This document shows positions 1 to 9,121 of a DNA stretch of 64,000 nt, one piece after another. A program made the position numbers and the translations under genes. The DNA is taken from positions 704,001 to 768,000 of the forward strand of contig NZ_JAQNDL010000003.1 of assembly GCF_028368995.1 (NCBI RefSeq), given 5' to 3'. The DNA is from Nannocystis bainbridge. GTDB lineage: Bacteria > Myxococcota_A > Polyangia > Nannocystales > Nannocystaceae. The notes under the pieces are model-generated. The model ran no database searches. It was given only the letters and a program-made list of their open reading frames with translations, and was not told where the DNA came from. How positions within the stretch are numbered: the first letter of the stretch is position 1; each line of letters starts with the position of its first letter.

Positions 1-2
1 AG

Positions 3-320
3 GCCGTCAAGCGCCGGCCCGGCGAATCGCGGCTGGCCCACGGGGTCCGCTTCGCCGCCCGCCTGCGCGATTTTAAAAATGACGACGAAATGGCGGCGCG
101 GGTCCTCGACCTGGCCTTGGCCCGCCCCGACCCCGGCGACCCGTTCGAGCGCGCCCGGGCCCTCGCGGCCCGCATCGAGCTGGCGATCGCCCTCGGCCAA
201 CCCGACCGCGCCGATGCCCTCGGCGCCGAGCTGGCGGCGCTGCCACTGTCGCCCGAACAGCGCGACGAGCTCGCGGCCGAGCTCGAGCGGGCCCACGCGC
301 TCGAGCGCTCGCAAGCGTGA
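3..320 (+). CDS. 3' end of a helical hypothetical protein (5' truncated by the window edge)
   Basis: The frame of ORF 90..320 is open back to position 3 (AVKRRPGESRLAHGVRFAARLRDFKNDDEMAARVL...ERSQA*). Ala/Leu/Glu/Arg-rich amphipathic helices and GC3-rich codons. Confidence 0.6.
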   Translation, partial: AVKRRPGESRLAHGVRFAARLRDFKNDDEMAARVLDLALARPDPGDPFERARALAARIELAIALGQPDRADALGAELAALPLSPEQRDELAAELERAHALERSQA

Positions 321-426
321 AGGCTGTCCCGCAGGACATGTCCTTCGGGATGTCCGGCCCCGACGCCCGCTCGAGCGCTCGCTCGCAAGCCTGATTGCTG
401 TCCCGCAGGACATGTCCTCCGGGACA
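300..426 (+). repeat. Imperfect tandem duplication of the upstream gene's 3' end plus a motif pair
   Basis: ctcgagcgctcgcaagcgtgaaggctgtcccgcaggacatgtccttcggga (300-350) versus ctcgagcgctcgctcgcaagcctgattgctgtcccgcaggacatgtcctccggga (370-424). Confidence 0.8.
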
Positions 427-548
427 CTCCAAAATCCCCTCTGGCGCCCGCCTCGCCGGCCAGCGGCCTCCTCCGCGCCGCGCCGCCGCGATCGCCCGCG
501 AGTCGGACCTCGCCCGCCGCGCCGGCCCGCGCCCGCCACCCTGAACTC

Positions 549-1682
549 GTGCCGCGCCTCGCCTTTGCGACGCTCGCCGGCCTGCTCGGCGCCTGCGGTC
601 CGTCGGCCGACAGCAAAGCCCCGCGCGACGACGAGTACCCGCCGACGATCCAGCCCTACGACGACGACGACGCCGACGCGAACGCCGACCTGCCGGCGTG
701 GCATTCGCTCGGGGGGGCGATCGCCGAACCAGCCGCCACCCTGAGCGCCGACGGTCGCCTCGAGGTGTTCGTGCGCGGCCGCGACGGGGCGCTGTGGCAC
801 ATCCATCAGGTCGCGCCGAACAGCGGCTGGTCGGAGTGGAGCTCGCTCGGCGGCCGGCTCGACGGCGGCGTCGTCGTCGTCGTCGGCGAGGACGGCGACG
901 GCCAGCTCGACGTGCTCGCGCGCGGCAGCGACGGCGCGCTGTGGCACCTGCGGCAGACCGGGCCGAAGCACGCGTGGCCGAGCTGGAAGCGGCTCGGCGG
1001 GCAGCTCGTCGCCGGCGACCGGCCCTCGGTGGTGCGCGGCCTCGACGATCGCCTCGAGGTGTTCGTGCGCGCGCCCGACCGCCAGGTCCACCACCTGCGC
1101 GAGCTGCCCGGGTCGGCGTGGAGCCGCTGGTACGTGCTCCCTGGCGCCGTCGGTCCGGTCACCGCCGCGCGCGACGGCGACGGTCGCCTCGCCCTGTTCG
1201 CCCGCGGGGACGACGGTCGACTGGTGCACCGGCGCCAGCTCGCGCGCGACGGCGGATGGAGCGAGTGGACCGCGCTCGCCGGACCCATCGCCGGCCGCCC
1301 CGCGGTGGCCCGCAACCACGACGGCCGGCTCGAGGTGTTCGCTCGCACGGACGCCGGCGACCTGGGCCACGCGTGGCAGACGGCCCCGGGCGGGGGCTGG
1401 TCGCGCTGGGCCTCGCTCGGCGGCGCGCCCGCTGACCCGGTGGCGATCGCCGGGCCCGACGGCCGCCTCGAGGTGTTCACCCGCGGCCTCGACCACGCGC
1501 TGTGGCGGATCGGCCAGATCACGCCCGGCGGCGCCTGGTCGCCCTGGAGCTCGCTCGGCGGCGCCTTCGCCGATGTGCCCGCGATCGCCCCCAACCAGGA
1601 CGGCCGCCTCGAGGCCTTCGTGCGCGGCACCGACGGCGCGCTGTGGCACCGCTGGCAGACCCGCCCGGGCTGCTGCTGGTGA
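549..1682 (+). CDS. Lipoprotein, PLL-like seven-bladed beta-propeller lectin
   Basis: Lipobox LLGAC. About seven ~47-aa repeats with W-x-S-L-G-G and DGRLEVF(V/A)RGxDGxLWH, typical of the Photorhabdus PLL fucose-binding lectin repeat family. Confidence 0.8.
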   Translation: MPRLAFATLAGLLGACGPSADSKAPRDDEYPPTIQPYDDDDADANADLPAWHSLGGAIAEPAATLSADGRLEVFVRGRDGALWHIHQVAPNSGWSEWSSLGGRLDGGVVVVVGEDGDGQLDVLARGSDGALWHLRQTGPKHAWPSWKRLGGQLVAGDRPSVVRGLDDRLEVFVRAPDRQVHHLRELPGSAWSRWYVLPGAVGPVTAARDGDGRLALFARGDDGRLVHRRQLARDGGWSEWTALAGPIAGRPAVARNHDGRLEVFARTDAGDLGHAWQTAPGGGWSRWASLGGAPADPVAIAGPDGRLEVFTRGLDHALWRIGQITPGGAWSPWSSLGGAFADVPAIAPNQDGRLEAFVRGTDGALWHRWQTRPGCCW

Positions 1683-1687
1683 ACCGC

Positions 1688-1757
1688 TGCTTCGTAAAGA
1701 ATATTCGAAAGAACATGCGCAAAAGGCCATGTCCCGAAGGACATGGCCTTTGGCACC
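1688..1757. repeat. Intergenic array of 4-5 phased 14-bp palindrome units between convergent genes
   Basis: TATTC-GAAA-GAACA / TGCGC-AAAA-GGCCA / TGTCC-CGAA-GGACA / TGGCC-TTTG-GCACC in exact 14-bp register (1702-1757). Confidence 0.75.
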
Positions 1758-1771
1758 TATCTCTTATGCCA

Positions 1772-3136
1772 TCAAGCCCGGCGCGCGCGCCAGCGGTCGC
1801 GCAGGGTCTTGCCCTGGCGCCACAGCCAGATGCCGACCACCACGTAGACCTCGAGCGCGAGCAGCAGCAGCAGCGGGTCGTAGGGCGCGCGCAGGCGGGT
1901 GTCGCCGAAGTAGATCGCGGCGGTGATCATCAGCGCCACCACGTGGAGGGCGATGAGGCCGTAGTTGGCGACCGTGCGGCGCATGAACAGGGTCACGAGG
2001 CCGAGCACCACCGGCGCGACGACGAAGGTGGTGTAGAGGCCCTGCCACCAGATCGCGCGCGGGCGCCATAGGTCGCGGCCGGAGTCGGGCCACGGCGTGT
2101 TGTAGCCGGCCAGCAGCAGCATGTTGACGATGCCGTACTTGATCTGGCCGAGAATGCCGGTCTTGCGGATGCACTTGGCCATCAGCGCGTCGAGGGCCTT
2201 GGCGTCGGCGATGTAGCCGCGGTACTCGAGCTCGGGGCCGAGCGCCGGGTCGAGCTGGACCCACGAGCGCGGCGCCGTCTTGGCCCGCTTCTCGAGCTGG
2301 ATCAGCGGCGGCGGCCCGAAGCGGATCTTGCCGCGCCCGGGCTCGGTCGGCGCCGCGGTGGCCTTCTTGTTGTGGCAGCGACCGAACAGCTGGTTGAACT
2401 TGCCGTTCTCGCTGACGAGGCCGAAGCGGCCGGTGTGGTGGTGCATGCGCGCGACCGAGAACCCGAGCACCGCGATCAGCGGGATGCCGGCGAACACCAG
2501 GTGACGCCAGCGCACGTTCGGCAGCGCCTTGCGCCACACCAGCCACAACAGCCCGAACAGCGCGATCGACATCAGGATCTGCGGCCGGCAGGCGGTCGCC
2601 AGCGCGGCGGTGACGCCGGTGGCCCAGGCGTCGCGGCTGCGGCCCTCCTGGACCAGGCGGACCAGGTAGAACATCGACGCCATCATGAACACGCCGAACG
2701 GGATCTCGCTCAGCGTGTAGCCGCCGAGCGAGATCAGCGGGTAGTAGAACACCAGCAGCGTGCCGAGCAGCGGCGGGATCCACTTGCGCGGGCTGATGCG
2801 CGCCGCGATCCGGTAGGCGTAGGCGACCATGCCGGTGCCCATCAACGCGTAGGCGATGCCGATCGCGGTGAAGTTGTCCTTGCCGAACAGGTACTTGATC
2901 AGCGCCAGGATGAAGTGCGTCCCGTAGGGGAAGAACGCGTGGTACTCGTTGGGCGCGCCGAACTTGTCGACCATCTGGTCGGCCCGCGAGACGTAGCCCT
3001 TCATGTCCGAAGAGACATAGTCGCCGAGCGGGTGGACCACGAGGTTCCAGTGCAGGCGGACGAGGAAGGCGCCCAGCACGATGACGAGCGGCCAGCGGTT
3101 GCGGTAGAGCCAGTCGAGGACGCGTTGCACGGGCAC
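1772..3136 (-). CDS. Polytopic membrane glycosyltransferase, GT-C fold (ArnT/PMT, GT39-like)
   Basis: About 10 hydrophobic helices, a 'SSDMKGY' acidic loop after TM1, 'PYGTHFILA', 'LSE', 'RP' and a C-terminal 'RLRAP', all typical of ArnT/PMT-like proteins. Confidence 0.7.
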   Translation of the reverse strand: MPVQRVLDWLYRNRWPLVIVLGAFLVRLHWNLVVHPLGDYVSSDMKGYVSRADQMVDKFGAPNEYHAFFPYGTHFILALIKYLFGKDNFTAIGIAYALMGTGMVAYAYRIAARISPRKWIPPLLGTLLVFYYPLISLGGYTLSEIPFGVFMMASMFYLVRLVQEGRSRDAWATGVTAALATACRPQILMSIALFGLLWLVWRKALPNVRWRHLVFAGIPLIAVLGFSVARMHHHTGRFGLVSENGKFNQLFGRCHNKKATAAPTEPGRGKIRFGPPPLIQLEKRAKTAPRSWVQLDPALGPELEYRGYIADAKALDALMAKCIRKTGILGQIKYGIVNMLLLAGYNTPWPDSGRDLWRPRAIWWQGLYTTFVVAPVVLGLVTLFMRRTVANYGLIALHVVALMITAAIYFGDTRLRAPYDPLLLLLALEVYVVVGIWLWRQGKTLRDRWRARRA

Positions 3137-3293
3137 CAGAGGGGGCGGAGAGTAGCAGCGTTCCGCACGCCGCGGGAGGCGCGAGCGGGGCCTTCACGCC
3201 CCGCCGGCGACGCGGGCGCGGGCGCGCCCCGTCGCAATTGCGCAGCCTCACGGGCGCCCCGCGACGGGACGCCCGCGAGGCGGCGCGCTCGGT

Positions 3294-5435
3294 TCAGTTC
3301 TGCGGGAACTCGACCCAGTGCGCGTCGCTCAGGTCGGCGAGCGCGCTGGCCTTGAGGCCCACGTCGGACAGCGTGAACACCTGCTCGCCGATGACGATCG
3401 AGCGGCGCAGCATCGGCGAGTAGTAGCAGCCGTAGTACTCGTCCCAGCACTCCTCGACCACCGGCTCGGGGTGCTGGACCTCGCCGATCAGCGAGATGCC
3501 GTCCTCCTTGTCGACGCGGAAGCCGAACGCGCCCTGCTCCCAGGAGTAGCCGATGTTCTCGTCGTAGGTGCCCCACTCGAGCGGCAGCATCGCCAGGCCC
3601 GTCTTGCCCCACCACAGGAACGCCTTGTGGTCGAACAGCGCCTCGGACCAGCCCCAGTCGTCGCCGATCGTGGCCTTGTGCAGCTGCTTGGGCGCGGCGT
3701 CGTCGGACACGTCGAACAGGCTGAGCTGGAGGCCGAGCAGCTGGCCCTCCTCGGTGCCGTCCATGCCGACGCCGAGGATCAGATCCTCGCCTACGGGGTG
3801 GAGGTAAGCCGAGTAGCCCGGGATCTTCAGCTCGCCGGCGACGACCGGCTTGGTCGGGTCGCTGACGTCGACGGTGTAGAGCGGGTCGGTCTGGCGGAAG
3901 GTGACCACGTAGCCCTTGTCGCCGATGAAGCGCACGCCGTGGATCTGCTCGGTCTTGCCGAGGCCGCCGACCTGGCCGATCTGCTGCAGCTCGTCGCCCT
4001 CTTGGCGCAGCACGCTGACGAAGCTCTCCGAGGTGGCCTGGTCCCAGCCGAGGCTGTCGGTGCTGGCCACCCGCAGGTCGCCCTCGTGCTCCGACATCGC
4101 CCACTGGCTGAGCAGCCAGCCGCGCACCGAGCCCGACGCGACGTAGTTGGCGCGCGAGCGGTCCTGGATGTCGAACTTGTGGACGTACGTGGTGCGGCCT
4201 TGCTCCTCGGCCGAGGCCTCCGGGTCCCAGTCGGCCGGGTTCCACGGGGTCGTCGCCACGTAGAGGTTCTGCTTCGAGGCGTAGACCGTCTCGCCCTCGG
4301 AGAACACGCCGACGCCGCCGGTCGGCGCCAGGTGGCCGTCGAGGTCGACCGTCAGCACGCCGAGGGTCGAAAGGCCCGAGTACTCGCCGGTGTGCATGAC
4401 ATCGTCGCAGGCCAGCAGCACGCCGCTGGTGACCGCGGCTTGCCCGTTGGACATGTCCTCACGGACATAGCGCGGCAGCCAGTTCTCGATCGTCGAGGCG
4501 TCGATGACCGAGCTGTTGTGCACCTTCGACTGCGCCAGCGCGATCTTCCACATGTGCTCGTAGAGCGCCTCGGTGCCGCCGCCCTGCTCGAACGCCGAGT
4601 AGTCGAAGAACTCGTACGGGTCCTTGAACTTCAGGCCGTTCGGGGCCGAGCGCACGACCACGCGGGCGACGCCTTCGACCATGCGGGCGCTGACCAGGTC
4701 GCCGGTGATGTGGAGGTTCGACACGATCTTCATCGCGTCGGGGTTGGCGATGTCGACCTCGATCAGGCGGGTGATGCCGGCGTAGTAGTCGGGGCCGAAG
4801 TACTGCTGGAGGTCGACCCCGGCCGGCTGCGGCGCGCCTTCCCAGTCGCCGTAGTAGTACGGCGAGCTGCGGACCAGCAGCAGCGCGCGGTCCTCGTGCA
4901 TGAACAGCTGCGCGTCGCGGACGTCGGCGCCGATCTCGAGCGAGCTGCGCAGGGTCGGCGAGGCGCCCGACGCGTCGACGAAGTGGAGCCTGCCGCCCGC
5001 GAACGCCAGGATCCGCTCGCCGTCGGTCTTGACGATGTCGGGCTCGTCGACGCCCGCCTCCTGCACGTTGGTGCCGGAGTAGTCGTCGCCCTCGACGCCG
5101 CCGTTGTCGCCGCCGTCCTGCGGGGCCTCGCCGCCGTCGCCGCCGCTGGACTCGCCGCCGCTGTCGGTGCCGCCGGTGGAGAGGCCGCCGCCGTCACCGA
5201 CAGGATCGCCGAACCAGCCGCTGCTGTAGTCGTAGCCCTGAAGGTTGCCGTACTTCTCGATCAGGCCCTTGGCCTCGCCCTTGGTGTACCCGAGCAGGTC
5301 GTCGCAGCTGTCGAAGCCGTAGAGGACGCGCGGGTTGAGGTCGCCGCCGCCGGGCGACTCCCGGTCCGAGCAGCCGGTGGCGAGGGCGCCGAGGAAGAGG
5401 AAGGCGGGGAGCGCGAGCGCGTAGGGGCGGGACAT
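3294..5435 (-). CDS. Secreted lipoprotein with a C-terminal beta-propeller domain (Beta_propel family)
   Basis: Start MSRPYALALPAFLFLGALATGC (lipobox). Hallmark motifs TNVQEAGVDEPDIVKTDG, VRFIGDKGYVVTFRQTDPLY, GELKIPGYSAYLHP and SEALFDHKAF. Confidence 0.85.
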   Translation of the reverse strand: MSRPYALALPAFLFLGALATGCSDRESPGGGDLNPRVLYGFDSCDDLLGYTKGEAKGLIEKYGNLQGYDYSSGWFGDPVGDGGGLSTGGTDSGGESSGGDGGEAPQDGGDNGGVEGDDYSGTNVQEAGVDEPDIVKTDGERILAFAGGRLHFVDASGASPTLRSSLEIGADVRDAQLFMHEDRALLLVRSSPYYYGDWEGAPQPAGVDLQQYFGPDYYAGITRLIEVDIANPDAMKIVSNLHITGDLVSARMVEGVARVVVRSAPNGLKFKDPYEFFDYSAFEQGGGTEALYEHMWKIALAQSKVHNSSVIDASTIENWLPRYVREDMSNGQAAVTSGVLLACDDVMHTGEYSGLSTLGVLTVDLDGHLAPTGGVGVFSEGETVYASKQNLYVATTPWNPADWDPEASAEEQGRTTYVHKFDIQDRSRANYVASGSVRGWLLSQWAMSEHEGDLRVASTDSLGWDQATSESFVSVLRQEGDELQQIGQVGGLGKTEQIHGVRFIGDKGYVVTFRQTDPLYTVDVSDPTKPVVAGELKIPGYSAYLHPVGEDLILGVGMDGTEEGQLLGLQLSLFDVSDDAAPKQLHKATIGDDWGWSEALFDHKAFLWWGKTGLAMLPLEWGTYDENIGYSWEQGAFGFRVDKEDGISLIGEVQHPEPVVEECWDEYYGCYYSPMLRRSIVIGEQVFTLSDVGLKASALADLSDAHWVEFPQN

Positions 5436-5883
5436 AACGAGTTCTCCGAGTGCGAGGGCGACCGGGCGGCCGCGACCTTGAAAGGTGAGGGTCGCCGGGG
5501 GGTCTCCGCAGCGATGCCGCCCCTTCAGCACGCTGCGTGCCAACGGCTCCCGGAGGCCACTGGCGGGCTTCGCGGCGGTTTTGGCCGGACCCGCGCGCCC
5601 GGGGCCCGCGGCACTGCGACCCAGGCGCCCGGACATCGACGCCAGCCCGCGGCGCCGCCGCTGCGACGATCTTTTCACGAGCCAACTCACGAGGTGCAGC
5701 CGGCTGCTCCGCCCGGGTGTGCGGGGTGGCTGCCGGGCGGCGCAGCGTCCGCCGCCGCAGACGCGCTGCGAACTTCCGCTCACACCTCAGAGAAACATAA
5801 AGACAGGTCCTTTCGGACATGTCCGTTGGAACATATGTGCATTGACCGCCAGGGCCTGAAGCTCGCAGCGGGCGCCTCGCCGC

Positions 5884-5917
5884 GTTGACATGATCTTGAT
5901 GTTGACGAAATCTTGAC
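5884..5917 (+). promoter_or_regulatory. 17-bp tandem direct repeat, probable regulator binding site
   Basis: GTTGACATGATCTTGAT / GTTGACGAAATCTTGAC (13/17 identical), AT-rich, ending 16 bp upstream of the ATG at 5934. A 14-bp palindrome array lies at 5792-5847. Confidence 0.5.
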
Positions 5918-5933
5918 CGCCAGAGGTTCTGGC

Positions 5934-7016
5934 ATGAAATCCACCAAGATCATCACGATGACCGTGGCGTGCACGCTTGGGCTCGGCATGGCCGGGGTAA
6001 AGACCGCGTACGGCAAGAGCGACGACACTGACCGCATGGTCGAAATCGACGGCGAGGCGGCCGCGCCGATCGCGGTGGAATCGCGCGACATCATGCTGCC
6101 GGCCGCCGACCACGCCCAGGGGCTCTCGATCCCGGCGCGCGTGTTCCAGCCGAAGTTCGCCGAGGGCGCCAGCCCCGGCCCGGCGGTCCTGGTGATGCAC
6201 GGCTCGGGCGGCCTGCACAAGATGCCGAACGGCGACGACGCCGGCGCGTGCAGCCGCCAGCTCGAGAATCAATACGAGCGCTGGGGCCAGGAGCTGGCGG
6301 AGCGCGGCTACGTGGTGCTGATGCCGTCCTCTTACACCGCCCGCGGCTTCTGCGACATGCACACCGACGTCGAGCGGATCCCCGCCGGCTTCGACGAGCG
6401 CCCCGAGGCCATCCTCAGCCGCCTCTACGACCTCGACGTGGCCGCGCGCTACCTCTGCGACATGGACGGCGTCGACTGCGACCGCCTCGGCGTGCTCGGC
6501 TTCTCGCACGGCGCGACCATGGCCATGCTCGCGCTCCACTGGCAGATGGACCACGCGCTCGACTATTACCGCGAGCACTCGCCGGACCGCGAGGACATCG
6601 ATTTCGCGCTGCCGAACCTCTCGGAGGATCGGCCCGCGTTCAAGGTCGGCGTGGCCTACTACCCCGGCTGCGGCACCGACGGGTTCCTCCCGCGCGAGAC
6701 CGACGACGGGGCCGACGTCGAGAACAAGTACTTCCCGACCGCCGACCTCTACGTCCTCCACGCCGAGCGCGACGCGCTGGCCAAGATCTGCACCGTCGAC
6801 CCCGACGTGAAGGGTGCCACCGGCGAGCGCGAGATCCAGTCGGCGCAGGTCGCCGCCGAGCTGGGTGTCGACGACCGCTACAACATCGAGGTCTACGCGC
6901 AGGCCGGCCACGGCTTCGACTCCGACGAAGAGGACGCGAACGAGCCCGGCAACCCCGACGCCGCCGCGCACGCGCGCACGGTCGCGCTGCGCCAGCTCTA
7001 TTCGCACCTGAACTGA
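5934..7016 (+). CDS. Secreted dienelactone hydrolase family alpha/beta hydrolase
   Basis: Signal-like N terminus, oxyanion 'VLVMHGSGG', nucleophile elbow GFSHG, 'YYPGC', and catalytic His in 'AGHGFD'. Confidence 0.85.
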   Translation: MKSTKIITMTVACTLGLGMAGVKTAYGKSDDTDRMVEIDGEAAAPIAVESRDIMLPAADHAQGLSIPARVFQPKFAEGASPGPAVLVMHGSGGLHKMPNGDDAGACSRQLENQYERWGQELAERGYVVLMPSSYTARGFCDMHTDVERIPAGFDERPEAILSRLYDLDVAARYLCDMDGVDCDRLGVLGFSHGATMAMLALHWQMDHALDYYREHSPDREDIDFALPNLSEDRPAFKVGVAYYPGCGTDGFLPRETDDGADVENKYFPTADLYVLHAERDALAKICTVDPDVKGATGEREIQSAQVAAELGVDDRYNIEVYAQAGHGFDSDEEDANEPGNPDAAAHARTVALRQLYSHLN

Positions 7017-7213
7017 TCAGATTCGCCCGCGCCTAGCGCCTCACGCGCACCGCACACCTGTCCCTTGTGACAGGTGCCGCAATTGTCCCAGCCACGCCCC
7101 GCGGCGCCGCGACGGTCCCGCGCCACCGCACACACGGCCGCCGACGTGACGCAGATTGCTTGTCGCGTCGGCGGCCTTTCCTACTTTGGGAGGCGTTACA
7201 GGGGGGGCATTGT

Positions 7214-9031
7214 ATGCCGACGAGAGTGGGAAACACGGTTGCGTATACTCGTAGGATTGCGTCGTGGGCGACGCTGCTGACGGTGGTCGGCGGCTGTCCG
7301 AACGACGATACCGGCATCACCAGCGCGACCGACGGCGGCAGCGGCTCCGGCGATTCGGCGACGCCCGCGACCGACGGCGCCGTCCCGACCACCTCGGGCA
7401 TGTCGGGCTCCGGGAGCGAGCCGACCGGCTGGCAGACCACCGGCACCACCGACCCCGTCGGCCCGTGCGGCGCCGATCCGCTGTGCGGCATCCCGCCGGA
7501 GGAGCACGAGCCCACGCCCAAGCCCGACGGCCTCCCGAGCCCCTTACCGGGCGTCTATGACGACCAGGGCCCGGCGCCGCTCGACAACGGGTTCCGCTCG
7601 CTGATGGGCTTCCCCAACCGCCAGCGCGCGCTGCTCGAGGAGCGCGTGGTCCGGCTCTACGACCCCGGCAGCCCCGAGTTCCGCAAGTACCTGTCGGTCG
7701 ACGAATGGATGGACGACCACGCGCCGCTCGAGTCCGACGTCGAGATCGTCAAGGCGTGGCTCAAGTCGCGCCACTTCACGGTCAACTTCGAGGCCAAGAA
7801 CCGCCTGCTCCTCCACTTCTCGGGCACGGTCAAGGACTTCAACGAGAGCTTCGCCACCGAGCTGCACATCTGCATGCGCAAGAACCCGCTGCACAGCGGC
7901 GACCCGTTCCCGGTCTATTGCACGCTGGACAGCTTCACCCTGCCCAAATTCGTGGCCGAGCGCACCAACGGCCTGGCGACCGCGGACCTGCCGGCCGAGA
8001 CCGGCTCGCTGGTCAAGGAGGTCGGCGAGGTGATCGAGGACTACCCGGGCGACCAGGCCTACGGCCCGCCGGCGTTCTTCGGCGCCTACGACATGCTGCC
8101 GCTGTTCGAGGCCGGCTACACCGGCCAGGGCTCGGCGGTCGGGGTGGTCGGCGCCGGCACCTATCATTCGATCGATCTGCAGATCTTCTGGAAATCGTTC
8201 GGCATCACGCGGGCGCTGCCGACCCGCGTGTCGCTGATGGAGCCGGTGTTCGAGCGCATCACCGAGACCGTGCTCGACACGCAGTGGTCGTCGTCGCTGG
8301 CGCCGGGGGCCGACGCGTACGTGTACGAGGGCCCCGACGCCCGCAACACCGCGCTGCTGTTCGCCTGGAACGAGGGGGTCGGCGACAACAAGGTCGACGT
8401 GCTGTCGACCTCGTTCGCCCACCGCGAGGACGCCGAGGCCAAGACGCTGCGCCACCAGTACGACGAATCGGCGCTGATGGGCGCGGCGATCGGCATGACC
8501 CTGCTGTCGGCCAGCGGCGACTCGGCCAACCCCGACACGCCGTGCTCGAGCCCGTACGTGACCTGCGTCGGCGGCACCAACCTGGAGGCCACCCCCGACG
8601 GCGAGCTCCACGACGAGACCGCCTGGTCGCTGTCGGGCTCGGGCCAGTCGAAGTCGTTCGCGCGGCCCTACTGGCAGGAGGGCGACGTCGACAGCAAGAC
8701 CCGCTCGATGTGCGACCTGTCGCTGTCGTCCTCGCCGGAGAACCCGATGTGGATGCGCCGCTGGACCAAATGGGAGGCCTACGGCGGGACGTCGTTCGCC
8801 TCGCCCGCGTTCGCCGGGATGGTCGCGGTCATCAACAGCTACCGCAAGGCCCACGGCAAGCCGCGCGTCGGCTTCCTCAACCCGCTGCTCTATCTGCACG
8901 GCCCGACCCGCGCGACCTTCCGCGACATCACCGAGGGCGCGACCAAATACTGGGAAGCGGGCGTCGGTTGGGACTACCCGACCGGCCTCGGCGCACCCGA
9001 TATCGCCGCCCTCGCCGAGGTCATCCCCTGA
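7214..9031 (+). CDS. Sedolisin/kumamolisin (peptidase S53) lipoprotein with pro-domain
   Basis: Lipobox VVGGC, pro-domain 'YDPGSPEFRKYLS', catalytic E-x3-D (ETVLD), SASGD, GGTSFASP, and Ca-site 'GWDYPTGLGAP'. Confidence 0.9.
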   Translation: MPTRVGNTVAYTRRIASWATLLTVVGGCPNDDTGITSATDGGSGSGDSATPATDGAVPTTSGMSGSGSEPTGWQTTGTTDPVGPCGADPLCGIPPEEHEPTPKPDGLPSPLPGVYDDQGPAPLDNGFRSLMGFPNRQRALLEERVVRLYDPGSPEFRKYLSVDEWMDDHAPLESDVEIVKAWLKSRHFTVNFEAKNRLLLHFSGTVKDFNESFATELHICMRKNPLHSGDPFPVYCTLDSFTLPKFVAERTNGLATADLPAETGSLVKEVGEVIEDYPGDQAYGPPAFFGAYDMLPLFEAGYTGQGSAVGVVGAGTYHSIDLQIFWKSFGITRALPTRVSLMEPVFERITETVLDTQWSSSLAPGADAYVYEGPDARNTALLFAWNEGVGDNKVDVLSTSFAHREDAEAKTLRHQYDESALMGAAIGMTLLSASGDSANPDTPCSSPYVTCVGGTNLEATPDGELHDETAWSLSGSGQSKSFARPYWQEGDVDSKTRSMCDLSLSSSPENPMWMRRWTKWEAYGGTSFASPAFAGMVAVINSYRKAHGKPRVGFLNPLLYLHGPTRATFRDITEGATKYWEAGVGWDYPTGLGAPDIAALAEVIP

Positions 9032-9121
9032 GGCCGCGCGCGGGCCCCTGCGCCCGCGCGTAGCGTCGAGGCGGGTCGACTTCGGCCCGTCCTGTGGAAC
9101 GTGGACTCCGGGAGATGTGCG

